Below, piece by piece: positions 26,529 through 35,128 of a stretch of DNA of 64,000 nt. Under the pieces are notes generated by a model. That model was not told the DNA's origin and ran no database searches. It saw only the letters and a program-made list of their open reading frames with translations. Each line of letters opens with the position of its first letter. Positions within the stretch are counted from its first letter, which is position 1. Made by a program: the position numbers and the translations under genes. Source of the DNA: an uncultured Hyphomicrobiales bacterium (GTDB lineage: Bacteria; Pseudomonadota; Alphaproteobacteria; Rhizobiales; BM303); assembly GCA_964533415.1 (NCBI GenBank), contig CAZHLV010000085.1, forward strand, positions 628 to 64,627, given 5' to 3'.

Positions 26529-28151
26529 ATGGTACGGCTTCTTGTCTTCTTCATCATTGTTGCCGCCATTGCCGCCGGGGCGGTTTGGCTTTCGGATCAA
26601 CCGGGCTATGTCACGGCCAACTGGCAAGGTTATGAAATCCGCATCAGCATCCTGGTAGCGGCAGCTGCCGGACTGATCGCCTTTACCCTGCTCTATTGGG
26701 CTATCCGTTTTATCAAGAATATCCTGAATGCTCCGAAGGCGGCGGCGGGCGCGGTGCGCCAGCGGCGTCAGCGCAAGGGCTTCGAGGCGCTCTCGCGCGG
26801 CCTTCTGGCGGTCAGCGCCGGGCATGGACGACAGGCGGAGAAACTGGGGGCAAAGGCGCGCAAGCTGTTGCCCGATGAGCCTTTGACCTTGTTGCTTCAG
26901 GCACAGTCCGCCGAGCTTAAAGGCGATAGGGCGGGAGCATCTGATGTGTACCGCAACATGCTGGAACGCGAAGAAACCCAGGCGCTGGGGCTGCACGGGC
27001 TGTTTCTGGAGGCCCGCCGGGTTGGCGATATGCAGGTTGCCAAGGTCATTGCCGAGCGCGCCGTGCGTCTCGAGCCCGATTCGCCCTGGGGCGCACCGGC
27101 GCTGATGGATTTGCAGGCGGCTGAGGGCGACTGGGTAGCGGCCTCGCAGACATTGGCCAAGAAGAAGCAATACCATCTTGTCTCCAAGGAAGGCTACAAA
27201 CGCCAGATGGCGGTTTTGCTTACCGCGCAGGCCATGGAGGCGGAAGAAAACAACCCGGAAAAAGCCCTTGAACTGGCGCTTTTAGCCCATAAGGGGGCAA
27301 ATGACCTGGTTCCCGCGGCGGTGATCGCCGGGCGTTTGCTGGCGCAAAAAGGGCGGATCGCCAAGGCAGCCAAGGTGCTGGAGAAAACCTGGAAACTGGC
27401 GCCGCACCCGGATCTGGCCGAGGTTTATGCGCATCTGAAACTCGGGGACAAACCGGCGGCACGGCTCAAACGCATCCGCTTTTTAACCCACAAGAACAAG
27501 GAACACCTGGAATCCTGCGTGGCGCTGGCCAGGGCGGCGATCAGCGCCCGGGAGTGGGGGCTGGCGCGCGAGGCGCTCGGCCCCTTCATGCAAGCCCCCA
27601 CCCAGCGGGTTTGCACCCTGATGGCCGAGATCGAAGATGGCGAGTTTGGCGACAAGGGCAAGGTTCGCGAATGGCTCGCCCGGGCGCTTCGGGCACAGCG
27701 TGATCCGGTGTGGATTGCCGATGGCCGGGTGTCGCAAAAATGGGCCCCGGTTTCGCCGGTGACCGGCAAGCTCGATGCCTTTGTGTGGAAAGCTCCGCTT
27801 GATGAGCTGCCGCCCTCGGATCTGGCCGGAAACCTGGACCTTGATGCGGATACCGATACAGCATCACAGCCTCCCGAGATCGAGCTTGTCGTGCAAGACA
27901 AAGCTGAAGAAACTGCCCCAGTGGTGGAAACGGGAACTGCAACAAAACAGCCGGAACCAGAATCTGAACCGGCAAAAGAAAATCTTGAAATCGTCAAATC
28001 CGAACCCCCTAAATTAACGCCTGCCCCGGCGGAAAAGACGCCCGAAAAGCCGGTTCTTGAAATCGTTGAGCCACCGCAACCCGATGATCCGGGACCGGAT
28101 ACCGGTGATCGAAGCGGGGTCGGCGGAAAACCGGCGCTGGGTGCGTTTTAA
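26529..28151 (+). CDS. HemY N-terminal-domain/TPR protein with acidic Pro-rich tail
   Basis: N-terminal double-TM HemY_N-like segment (MVRLLVFFIIVAAIAAGAVWLSDQPGYV...), a TPR-like middle region and a low-complexity C-terminus. Confidence 0.75.
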   Translation: MVRLLVFFIIVAAIAAGAVWLSDQPGYVTANWQGYEIRISILVAAAAGLIAFTLLYWAIRFIKNILNAPKAAAGAVRQRRQRKGFEALSRGLLAVSAGHGRQAEKLGAKARKLLPDEPLTLLLQAQSAELKGDRAGASDVYRNMLEREETQALGLHGLFLEARRVGDMQVAKVIAERAVRLEPDSPWGAPALMDLQAAEGDWVAASQTLAKKKQYHLVSKEGYKRQMAVLLTAQAMEAEENNPEKALELALLAHKGANDLVPAAVIAGRLLAQKGRIAKAAKVLEKTWKLAPHPDLAEVYAHLKLGDKPAARLKRIRFLTHKNKEHLESCVALARAAISAREWGLAREALGPFMQAPTQRVCTLMAEIEDGEFGDKGKVREWLARALRAQRDPVWIADGRVSQKWAPVSPVTGKLDAFVWKAPLDELPPSDLAGNLDLDADTDTASQPPEIELVVQDKAEETAPVVETGTATKQPEPESEPAKENLEIVKSEPPKLTPAPAEKTPEKPVLEIVEPPQPDDPGPDTGDRSGVGGKPALGAF

Positions 28152-28183
28152 CCGGATTGGCCGTGCGCCGGTCTTGACTTGCC

Positions 28184-29641
28184 TCAGTCGGTTTCCCGGT
28201 CCAGGCGAATGGCGATATTCTTGGTCTGGACATAATTGAGCAGGGCCTCGCGCCCCTTCTCGCGGCCATAACCGGATTTTCCATAGCCGCCAAAGGGGGT
28301 TTCAACCCCGCCGGCAAACCATTCGTTGATGAAAATCTGGCCGCCGCGCATCTGTTTTGCCGTGCTCAGGGCCAGGTCGATATCGGGGGTAAACACGCCG
28401 CCCACAAGGCCATATTGCGTGGCGTTGGCAATGGCGATGGCCTCGTTTTCATCGGAAAACCCGATTACCGAAAGTACCGGGCCAAAAACTTCGGTTTGGG
28501 CAATCTCGCTGGCGGGGTCCACCCGGTCAAGAATGGTGGGTTCCAGAAAAACGCCTTCACGGTTGAGCTTGCGACCGCCGGTGCAGGCGCGCGCGCCTGC
28601 CTTTTCGGCCCGGGCGCAAAGCCCTTCGGCGCGTTCGCGCTGTTTTTGCGAGATCATGGCGCCCATATTGGGACCAAATTCATGCCGCTCAATACCGGGG
28701 CCAACGGAGAGCGAGCGGGCAAGCGCGGCGGCGCGTTCGACAAACTCGTCATGGATCGAGGCATGAACCAGCGCCCGGGACATGGCCGAGCAGACCTGGC
28801 CGGAATTGAGGAAAATGCCGAGCCGGACCGAGCGCATGACCAGATCAAGATCGGCGTCCTTGTGGATGATGGCGGCGGATTTGCCGCCAAGCTCCAGCAC
28901 ATTGGGCACAATGTTTTGCGCCGTTGCGGTGGCGATTTTTACACCGGTTTCTACCGATCCGGTAAACACCATCTGGTTGATTTTGGCATGGGCGGCAAGG
29001 GCCGCGCCGGCCTCATGGCCATGGCCGCACAGGATATTGAGCGCACCGGGGGGAAAGCCCGCCGCTTGAGCGGCGCGGGCCAGATAGGTGGAGGATAAAG
29101 GCGCAAGTTCGGGGGTTTTGACAATGCACGCATTGCCCGTGGCCAGCCCGGCGGCAATGGAGCGGGCGGCAATTTCAAAGGGAAAGTTCCACGGGATAAT
29201 CTGGGCCGAGACCCCGTAAGGCTCAAGGAGGGTGAAATCAAGATAGCCCGCACCAAGGGGTATGGAGGCCCCTTCAAGGGTTTGCGCCATCTGGCCGTAA
29301 TATTCAAAATAGCGCACCGCTCCGGCGATTTCCTTTTTGGATTCCCACAGGGGCTTGCCGTTGTCCAGCGTGTGAATGGATGCAATTTCATCCGCGTTCC
29401 GGCTGATCCAAAGCCCCATCTCATGAACCATCCGCCCCCGGTCACAAGGGCGCATGTTACTCAAGGCCCCGCTTTCATGGCAGCGCCTTGCCGCGGCCAC
29501 GGCCTTGTCGATATCCGCCGCATTGGCCAGCGCCTGTTCAGCCAGGGGGGCTTGCGTGGCCGGATTTTCGACTGTCAGGCGCCCGGCGCCGCCATCAACA
29601 AAATGGCCGTCGATGTAATTTTGCCAATATGGGGCGATCAT
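28184..29641 (-). CDS. NAD(P)+-dependent aldehyde dehydrogenase
   Basis: 485 aa with catalytic motifs ELGGKS and GQVCSA. Confidence 0.9.
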   Translation of the reverse strand: MIAPYWQNYIDGHFVDGGAGRLTVENPATQAPLAEQALANAADIDKAVAAARRCHESGALSNMRPCDRGRMVHEMGLWISRNADEIASIHTLDNGKPLWESKKEIAGAVRYFEYYGQMAQTLEGASIPLGAGYLDFTLLEPYGVSAQIIPWNFPFEIAARSIAAGLATGNACIVKTPELAPLSSTYLARAAQAAGFPPGALNILCGHGHEAGAALAAHAKINQMVFTGSVETGVKIATATAQNIVPNVLELGGKSAAIIHKDADLDLVMRSVRLGIFLNSGQVCSAMSRALVHASIHDEFVERAAALARSLSVGPGIERHEFGPNMGAMISQKQRERAEGLCARAEKAGARACTGGRKLNREGVFLEPTILDRVDPASEIAQTEVFGPVLSVIGFSDENEAIAIANATQYGLVGGVFTPDIDLALSTAKQMRGGQIFINEWFAGGVETPFGGYGKSGYGREKGREALLNYVQTKNIAIRLDRETD

Positions 29642-29780
29642 GATTTGGCTTCCCGTTTGTTTTTACAATTCAGCCTATCAGAAATATCCCCGGCTTTGGA
29701 ACCCTGAATGGATCATCCAGGTGAGGTTTATCCTTCCCGTATTGACAGGCTTCGGTTTGCTCTGTACGGATCGTGGAGAT

Positions 29781-29998
29781 GGTTCCTTTGCCGGTGCAAG
29801 CTGGATGAGGATAATAGGGAACACGGTGAGGCGCGTTTTGCCGATGCCGTGGCTGCCCCCGCAACTGTGAGCGACGAGTTGCCGGTCCGAAAGACCACTG
29901 GATATCCGGGAATAACGGATTCCGGGAAGGTCAGGATTGGCGGCGATGAAGCGCAAGCCAGGAGACCTGCCATCTTTAAATCGCCATTGCGATGAACC
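29781..29998 (+). promoter_or_regulatory. Cobalamin (B12) riboswitch
   Basis: Core aatagggaacacggtgagg...gctgcccccgcaactgtgagcg and B12 box aagccaggagacctgcc at 29955-29971. The ends ggttc (29781) and gaacc (29994) can close P1. Confidence 0.85.
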
Positions 29999-30050
29999 GG
30001 AACGGGGTGTTTCTGAATCGATTGGTGCCAAGGCACGGTCACTCGCTTCA

Positions 30051-30099
30051 TTCTCCTTTTCGCAATGGCTTGAACCTTGTTGAAGGATGTTAAGGAGAA
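30051..30099 (+). promoter_or_regulatory. Putative anti-SD/SD sequestering pair of the riboswitch expression platform
   Basis: ttctcctt (30051-30058) is complementary to the SD aaggagaa (30092-30099), which lies 5 nt upstream of the ATG at 30104. Confidence 0.5.
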
Positions 30100-30103
30100 A
30101 GAT

Positions 30104-30781
30104 ATGCATATTGAACCGGGAATTGTTCAGGGCGCAAAGATTTTTGCAAGCTATGGAACGGCGGCCGCTTCGCTTGGTTACACGGCGAAGCTGGTTATGA
30201 ATTCGGTGAGAAAGGACGGGCTTGTCTCGCTGGCTGCCCGAAGCGCCATGGCAACGGTGCTGGTATTTTGCTATTTTGAGGTTCTTCCTCATTACCCGAT
30301 CGGCGTATCGGAGGTGCATCTTATCATGGGATCGACCCTGTTCCTGATCCTTGGCCTGGCGCCTGCCGCGATTGGCCTTGCGGCGGGTCTGCTCATTCAG
30401 GGTCTCTTTTTTGCGCCTTTCGATCTGCCGCAATACGGCATCAACGTGACAACACTTCTGGCGCCGCTCTTTGCCATGAGCCTGCTGGCCCAAAAGGTCA
30501 TCCCGCAAAATGTCGCCTACAAAGATCTGAAATATTCTCAGGCCCTGGCGCTCTCAACCGCCTATCAGGGCGGGATTGTAGCCTGGGTGGCGTTCTGGGC
30601 GTTTTATGGCCAGGGCTTTGGCAGTGCAAATATGGCCCAGGTCCTGACCTTCGGTTCGGCCTATATGACGGTTATCATCCTGGAGCCGCTCGTGGACTTG
30701 GCGGTGCTGGCCGGGGCCAAGCTTCTTTATGGCCTGAAAGACAGCGGCATGGTGGAAAAACGCCTCTATTCAGCCGCCTGA
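30104..30781 (+). CDS. Solitary CbiM/ECF-S-component-like membrane protein (cobalt or cobamide uptake candidate)
   Basis: Part of ORF 30077..30781. The ATG at 30104 follows AAGGAG. The N-terminus MHIEPG resembles the CbiM MHIxEG motif. The protein is polytopic and I see no cbiN/Q/O genes nearby. Confidence 0.7.
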   Translation: MHIEPGIVQGAKIFASYGTAAASLGYTAKLVMNSVRKDGLVSLAARSAMATVLVFCYFEVLPHYPIGVSEVHLIMGSTLFLILGLAPAAIGLAAGLLIQGLFFAPFDLPQYGINVTTLLAPLFAMSLLAQKVIPQNVAYKDLKYSQALALSTAYQGGIVAWVAFWAFYGQGFGSANMAQVLTFGSAYMTVIILEPLVDLAVLAGAKLLYGLKDSGMVEKRLYSAA

Positions 30782-30846
30782 AATCAAGGGAGGCCGGCAG
30801 GGTTGGAACCTTGCCGCCTTTCTCTGCCAGGCATCAGGATTTACAG

Positions 30847-30876
30847 GAGCGCGGTTTTGTTAAACCGCGCTCTTTG
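30847..30876 (+). terminator. Rho-independent terminator
   Basis: Perfect 11-bp stem gagcgcggttt/aaaccgcgctc with loop tgtt, followed by tttgg. Confidence 0.7.
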
Positions 30877-31033
30877 GATTCATGGCGGGTTGAATATCGC
30901 CAATACAGAATCCGGTAATTCAGAATTATTCCAGATTTTGATTTGACAGTACCTTTTTGCCTGTATCAAGAAAGATATTGACGGGGTCCGTGACGCCGTT
31001 TTTGTCCACCTGTGACAATAGGCGTCATGGACT

Positions 31034-31060
31034 ATATATTATAAATAACTAATATATTAT
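31034..31060. promoter_or_regulatory. AT-rich direct repeat ATATATTAT-N9-ATATATTAT upstream of the Mrp/Nuo-like operon
   Basis: Copies lie at 31034-31042 and 31052-31060, inside a strikingly AT-rich patch of an otherwise GC-rich window. The repeat lies about 105 nt upstream of the first ORF. Confidence 0.35.
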
Positions 31061-31166
31061 CAGTAAAAGGTTGAGTTGATTCGCTTCCGCGAGGCGGGCT
31101 GGATCAGGGGGGTATTTCGTGACTTCCGTGTTCTGGTTTTCCCTCCGGGTCTGACGAGGTTGTGCT

Positions 31167-31709
31167 ATGCGATCACCTGTGTTTGTGCGTCTGGCGGAAG
31201 GGACAGCGAGCGTCAACAAGCGCCGTTTTGCCCTGACCATGGCGGGGATTTTCGTTGTCTGGATGGCGCTTGCGGGAAAACTGACGCTGGCTGAAATCCT
31301 GGTGGGGCTGGCGGTTTCGGGTGGTGTTGCGCTGCTGAGCCAGAGCCATTTGTCGATGCTGGATGATCTGAAGCTTTCGGTATCCCTCCCTTTTGATTTG
31401 CTTCGCTATTTCGCGGTGTTTTTCTGGGCGCTGTTGCGGGCCAACCTTGACGTGGCCCGGCGCGTGGCTGCGCCGCGTGTGCAGATCAATCCGGCTATTG
31501 TCGAAGTTCATACCGAACTGAAATCGGATCTTGGAAAATTATGGCTGGCCAATTCCATTACCCTCACCCCCGGTACTTTATGTGTTGATGTCGTTGGCGA
31601 AACGCTCAAGGTCCACTGGATTGATATTTCCCCGGGCGCGGATATCGAACATGCCACCCGCGAGATCGCCGCCCGGTTTGAAGGGCTGCTGAAGGAGTTT
31701 TTGCAATGA
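31167..31709 (+). CDS. MrpE/MnhE-family antiporter subunit (MbxA-position)
   Basis: 180 aa. MAGIFVVWMALAGKLTLAEILVGLAVSG... is typical of the MnhE N-terminus. The start could be later (ATG at 31239). Confidence 0.7.
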   Translation: MRSPVFVRLAEGTASVNKRRFALTMAGIFVVWMALAGKLTLAEILVGLAVSGGVALLSQSHLSMLDDLKLSVSLPFDLLRYFAVFFWALLRANLDVARRVAAPRVQINPAIVEVHTELKSDLGKLWLANSITLTPGTLCVDVVGETLKVHWIDISPGADIEHATREIAARFEGLLKEFLQ

Positions 31710-31990
31710 TCGCTCTGGATTTGAGCTTTTTGGGCGGGTTTGCATTTCTTTTGGTATTGCTGGCCATTGTGCTGGCGGCGGCGCGGTTGCTGATGGGGCC
31801 ATCCATTCCAGACCGGGTTGTGGCAGCAGATGTGCTGGGGGTTATCACCACGGCGGGGCTGGTGTGGCTGGCCAGTGCGCTTGATAACGCTATTTATCTC
31901 GATATTGCGCTGGTTTATGGCGCGCTGGCCTTTGTCGGCGTAGTCGCCATTGCCCGGGCATTGGAGAGCAACAAGGGTAACAAGGGTTAG
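31706..31990 (+). CDS. MrpF/MnhF-family subunit (MbxB-position)
   Basis: 94 aa with 3 TM segments and a PSIPDRVVAADVLG motif typical of MrpF. ATGA overlap with the upstream gene. Confidence 0.75.
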   Translation: MIALDLSFLGGFAFLLVLLAIVLAAARLLMGPSIPDRVVAADVLGVITTAGLVWLASALDNAIYLDIALVYGALAFVGVVAIARALESNKGNKG

Positions 31991-31999
31991 GGGCGGCGC

Positions 32000-32308
32000 A
32001 TGGAAATCATTGGTGATCTGTTTTTCCTGATCGGCGGCATCTTTTTGTTCATGGGTTCGCTGGGACTGGTGCGTATGCCGGATGTTTTCAACCGCATTCA
32101 GGCCGGGGCCAAATCGGCAACGCTGGGCTCGCTGGGATTGATACTCGGCGTATTCTTTTATCACCCGGACTGGTGGGCCAAGCTGGCGATCATTGCCATG
32201 TTCGTGCTGATTACCTCGCCGGTGGGCTCCTCCACCATCGCGCGGGCGGCGCTGAGCATGGGGATTAGGCCCTGGGCGACACGCTCACGCGAAGGAGAGG
32301 GCGAATGA
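32000..32308 (+). CDS. MrpG/MnhG-family subunit (MbxC-position)
   Basis: 102 aa. GSLGLVRMPDVFNRIQAGAKSATLG is typical of MnhG. Confidence 0.8.
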   Translation: MEIIGDLFFLIGGIFLFMGSLGLVRMPDVFNRIQAGAKSATLGSLGLILGVFFYHPDWWAKLAIIAMFVLITSPVGSSTIARAALSMGIRPWATRSREGEGE

Positions 32309-32568
32309 CCATTTTAATCACGCTGATTGTTGGTGTCATGCTTCTGGCAGCGGTGGCTGTCGTGGTGCTCCGCGGGTTTTTAGCCGCGGTTGCAGCGCTG
32401 GCGGCGGTTTCGCTGGCACTTTCGGTTTTGTTTGTGCTGCTGCGCGCGCCCGATGTGGCCCTGGCGGAAGCTGCGGTTGGGGCCGGGCTGTCGGGGGTTT
32501 TGCTGGCGCTCACCTTGCGCCGGGTCGGGTTGTGGCCGGGCGGATCTGCGCGGGAGGATGAATCATGA
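32305..32568 (+). CDS. DUF4040/MbhD-like small membrane subunit (MrpB N-terminal part; MbxD-position)
   Basis: 87 aa. LRAPDVALAEAAVGAGLSGVLL is typical of the MbhD/MnhB N-terminal domain. Confidence 0.7.
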   Translation: MTILITLIVGVMLLAAVAVVVLRGFLAAVAALAAVSLALSVLFVLLRAPDVALAEAAVGAGLSGVLLALTLRRVGLWPGGSAREDES

Positions 32569-33263
32569 AGGGATATGGCCATACCGCCGCAAGCTTGCTG
32601 TTTCTGACCGGTCTTGGAATCTTGCTGATGGCCTTGCTTCAGGCGCTGCCCTTTGGCCATGCACCCATGCAGGTGGGGCAGGCGATCGTGGCTGCCGCGC
32701 CGGGGGATACGGGGGCGGATAATATCGTTACGGCGATTTTGCTGGGCTATCGCGGGCTGGATACGCTGGGCGAGGTGACGATCTTGTTTGTTGCCGCGTC
32801 TGCCGCCGGGATGGTGCTGGGCAGCGCCCGGCGCGGTGAGGCGCAGGCGATAAATGCCGGTTTTATCTTGCATAGCGCGGCTTATCTGCTGTTTCCCTTC
32901 CTGCTGGTTCTGGGGGCATATATCGTGTTGCACGGGCATCTGACCCCGGGCGGCGGTTTCCAGGGCGGTGCCATTCTGGCGGCAGCGTTTTTTGTGCCGA
33001 TCCTGGCTTCACCCGCCAGCCCGTTCAACCATCGCACCGCGGTGCTGGTGGAAGGTTTTGCCGGAGCCGCCTTTATCATGATCGGGCTTTATTCCCTGGT
33101 CGGCGGTTCAGCGTTCCTGACCCCCTTCCTTGGCAAGGGGGCGGCGGGTTCACTGTTTTCCGCCGGTTCCCTGCCGCTGCTGTATCTGGCCATTGGCCTG
33201 AAAGTCGGCTCGGAGCTAGCCGGTCTGATGGCGAGGGTTTCGGGCGGGGAGGCAAGCTCATGA
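32565..33263 (+). CDS. MnhB-domain membrane subunit (MbxF-position)
   Basis: 232 aa with an NIVTAILLGYRGLDTLGEVTILFVA motif of the MnhB family. Confidence 0.75.
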   Translation: MKGYGHTAASLLFLTGLGILLMALLQALPFGHAPMQVGQAIVAAAPGDTGADNIVTAILLGYRGLDTLGEVTILFVAASAAGMVLGSARRGEAQAINAGFILHSAAYLLFPFLLVLGAYIVLHGHLTPGGGFQGGAILAAAFFVPILASPASPFNHRTAVLVEGFAGAAFIMIGLYSLVGGSAFLTPFLGKGAAGSLFSAGSLPLLYLAIGLKVGSELAGLMARVSGGEASS

Positions 33264-33667
33264 GCGCGGGTGCAGTTCTTTATGCCGGGGCTATCGGTCT
33301 TTTCCTGATCGGCTTTTACGCCATGGTGGCCGAGCGCCATCTCATTCGCAATATTCTCGGGCTGGCACTGGTGGAATCAGGCGTTAACCTGCTGCTGGTC
33401 GCGGTGGGCTTTCGCGATGATGCCGCCGCACCGATTCTCAAGGCCGGTCAAAGCGCGGGCGCCATGGTGGACCCGTTGCCGCAGGCGCTTGTTCTCACCG
33501 CCATTGTCATTGGTTTTGGCGTGCTGGCGCTGGCGCTGGCGCTGGTTGTGCGGGTTTACCAGGCTTATGGAACGCTTGATGCGCGCAAGGTTGCCCAGTT
33601 GATGCGGGCGGAAAATGCAGCTGGCGGGTTGCCGGCAGTCAAGCCTCAGGCGGGGGCAAAATCATGA
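33260..33667 (+). CDS. MrpC/MnhC/NuoK-like subunit (MbxG-position)
   Basis: 135 aa. LIRNILGLALVESGVNLLLV is a NuoK/MnhC hallmark, including the membrane-embedded Glu. Confidence 0.8.
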   Translation: MSAGAVLYAGAIGLFLIGFYAMVAERHLIRNILGLALVESGVNLLLVAVGFRDDAAAPILKAGQSAGAMVDPLPQALVLTAIVIGFGVLALALALVVRVYQAYGTLDARKVAQLMRAENAAGGLPAVKPQAGAKS

Positions 33668-35124
33668 ATACGGTTCCGCAGATTGTTTTTCCGGTGGTGA
33701 TCCCGCTCATTGCAGCGTTTCTCTTGCCGATCGCCCGGCGCTGTCATGGCGGGTTTGGCGATATATTCGGGCGCGCGGCGGTTTTTGTTACCTTTCTCGC
33801 CGCGGCCTTCCTGGCCTGGCATGTGGCTGGCAGCGGGCCGGTAAGCTCGGCAATCGGTGGCTTTAAGGCCCCGCTGGGAATCGTGTTTTATGCCGACAAC
33901 CTGGCCATGGCATTCGTGTTGCTGCTCAATATCGGTGTCTGGCTGTTCTGGCCTGAAAGCGAGCATAAGGGCGCAGGGGCACAAACCCTCATCCTTACCC
34001 TTCTGGGCGGCGGCGCGGGGCTGGTGCTGTCGGGCGATCTGTTCAATATCTTCGTGTTTTACGAGATCGTCGCGGTGACCTCTTACGGGCTGGCGGCAAG
34101 CGGAGGTTCGGCGGCGGGCTTTGGCGCATCCTTGCGGTATTTGCTGCTCAGCGCGCTGGGTTCATCGCTGGCGCTGATGGGAATTGCGTTGGTCTATGCC
34201 ACCGCCGGGACGCTTAACCTGGCTGACCTGGCGCTGCTTGCGCCGCATGTCCTCAGGGGTCCCATCGGGGCGGCGGCCTTCTTGCTGCTGCTGATCGGTT
34301 TTGGCGTCAAGGCGGAGCTGTTTCCGGTCAATTCCTGGGTGCCGGAGGTCTATGCCAGCGCCCCGGTGCGGGTAACCTCGCTTCTGGCGGGGATTGTCTC
34401 CAAGCTGGCGCTGATCGTGATCCTGCGTTTTCTGGTGCTGGTTTTCCCGATGCCTTCGGCTTACGGCTTGTTGCTCGTGATCGGGATCCTGGGTGTGCTG
34501 GCCGGTGAACTGGCGGCGTATCGTGCACGGGATCTCAATTCCACATTTGCCTGGTCGTCGATTGCCCAGCTTGGCGTGATCGCCATCGCGTTTTCGATTC
34601 CAGGCCCGGCGGGTATTGCGGCGGGTATTGCTCTTGCCCTGCACCACGCGGTGGTCAAACCGGCGTTTTTCCTCATCGCGGATAAATGGCGCGGGGATGT
34701 GCTGTTTCTGGGCGGCGGGGCCAAGGCGGCGCCCTTTGTCGCCGCCCTGTTTGTCCTGCTTTCGCTCTCCATCATCGGAATTCCGCCGCTGCCCGGCTTC
34801 TGGGCCAAATACCTGCTGCTTGATGCAGCATTTTCCTCCTCCTCCCCGGTCTATGGGCTGGCAGCGGCGGTTGTTCTTGCCGGGGCCGTGATAGAGGCGG
34901 CCTATCTCTTCCGTGCCGCGGGCATTTTTTACGGACGCTCACCAACCGGTCGCGGCGTGCCGCTGTTTTTACTGGGTGAAATGGCCCCGGCCTTTGTGCT
35001 GGGCGCGGTTTTGATCGTTGCCATGCTCGCCCTGCCGGTTCTGGGGAGTTACATCACTTCCATGGCGGTGGAGGCGGCAGATGCCCCGGCCATTGCTTCA
35101 CAAATTCTCATTGGGGGGAAATGA
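33664..35124 (+). CDS. MrpD/NuoN-M-like proton-antiporter subunit (MbxH-position)
   Basis: 486 aa, polytopic, with a Proton_antipo_M-type core (FFVFYEIVAVTSYGL..., KAELFPVNSWVPEVY). Confidence 0.85.
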   Translation: MNTVPQIVFPVVIPLIAAFLLPIARRCHGGFGDIFGRAAVFVTFLAAAFLAWHVAGSGPVSSAIGGFKAPLGIVFYADNLAMAFVLLLNIGVWLFWPESEHKGAGAQTLILTLLGGGAGLVLSGDLFNIFVFYEIVAVTSYGLAASGGSAAGFGASLRYLLLSALGSSLALMGIALVYATAGTLNLADLALLAPHVLRGPIGAAAFLLLLIGFGVKAELFPVNSWVPEVYASAPVRVTSLLAGIVSKLALIVILRFLVLVFPMPSAYGLLLVIGILGVLAGELAAYRARDLNSTFAWSSIAQLGVIAIAFSIPGPAGIAAGIALALHHAVVKPAFFLIADKWRGDVLFLGGGAKAAPFVAALFVLLSLSIIGIPPLPGFWAKYLLLDAAFSSSSPVYGLAAAVVLAGAVIEAAYLFRAAGIFYGRSPTGRGVPLFLLGEMAPAFVLGAVLIVAMLALPVLGSYITSMAVEAADAPAIASQILIGGK

Positions 35125-35128
35125 TCTC

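Noticed and set aside
31028-31062. Fur box or FNR/CRP site in the AT-rich patch and neighbouring TTGA-containing sequences upstream of the Mbx-like operon.
   Set aside because: The best manual alignment to GATAATGATAATCATTATC gives about 10 of 19 matches. No TTGAT-N4-ATCAA or TGTGA-N6-TCACA dyad with correct spacing was found.
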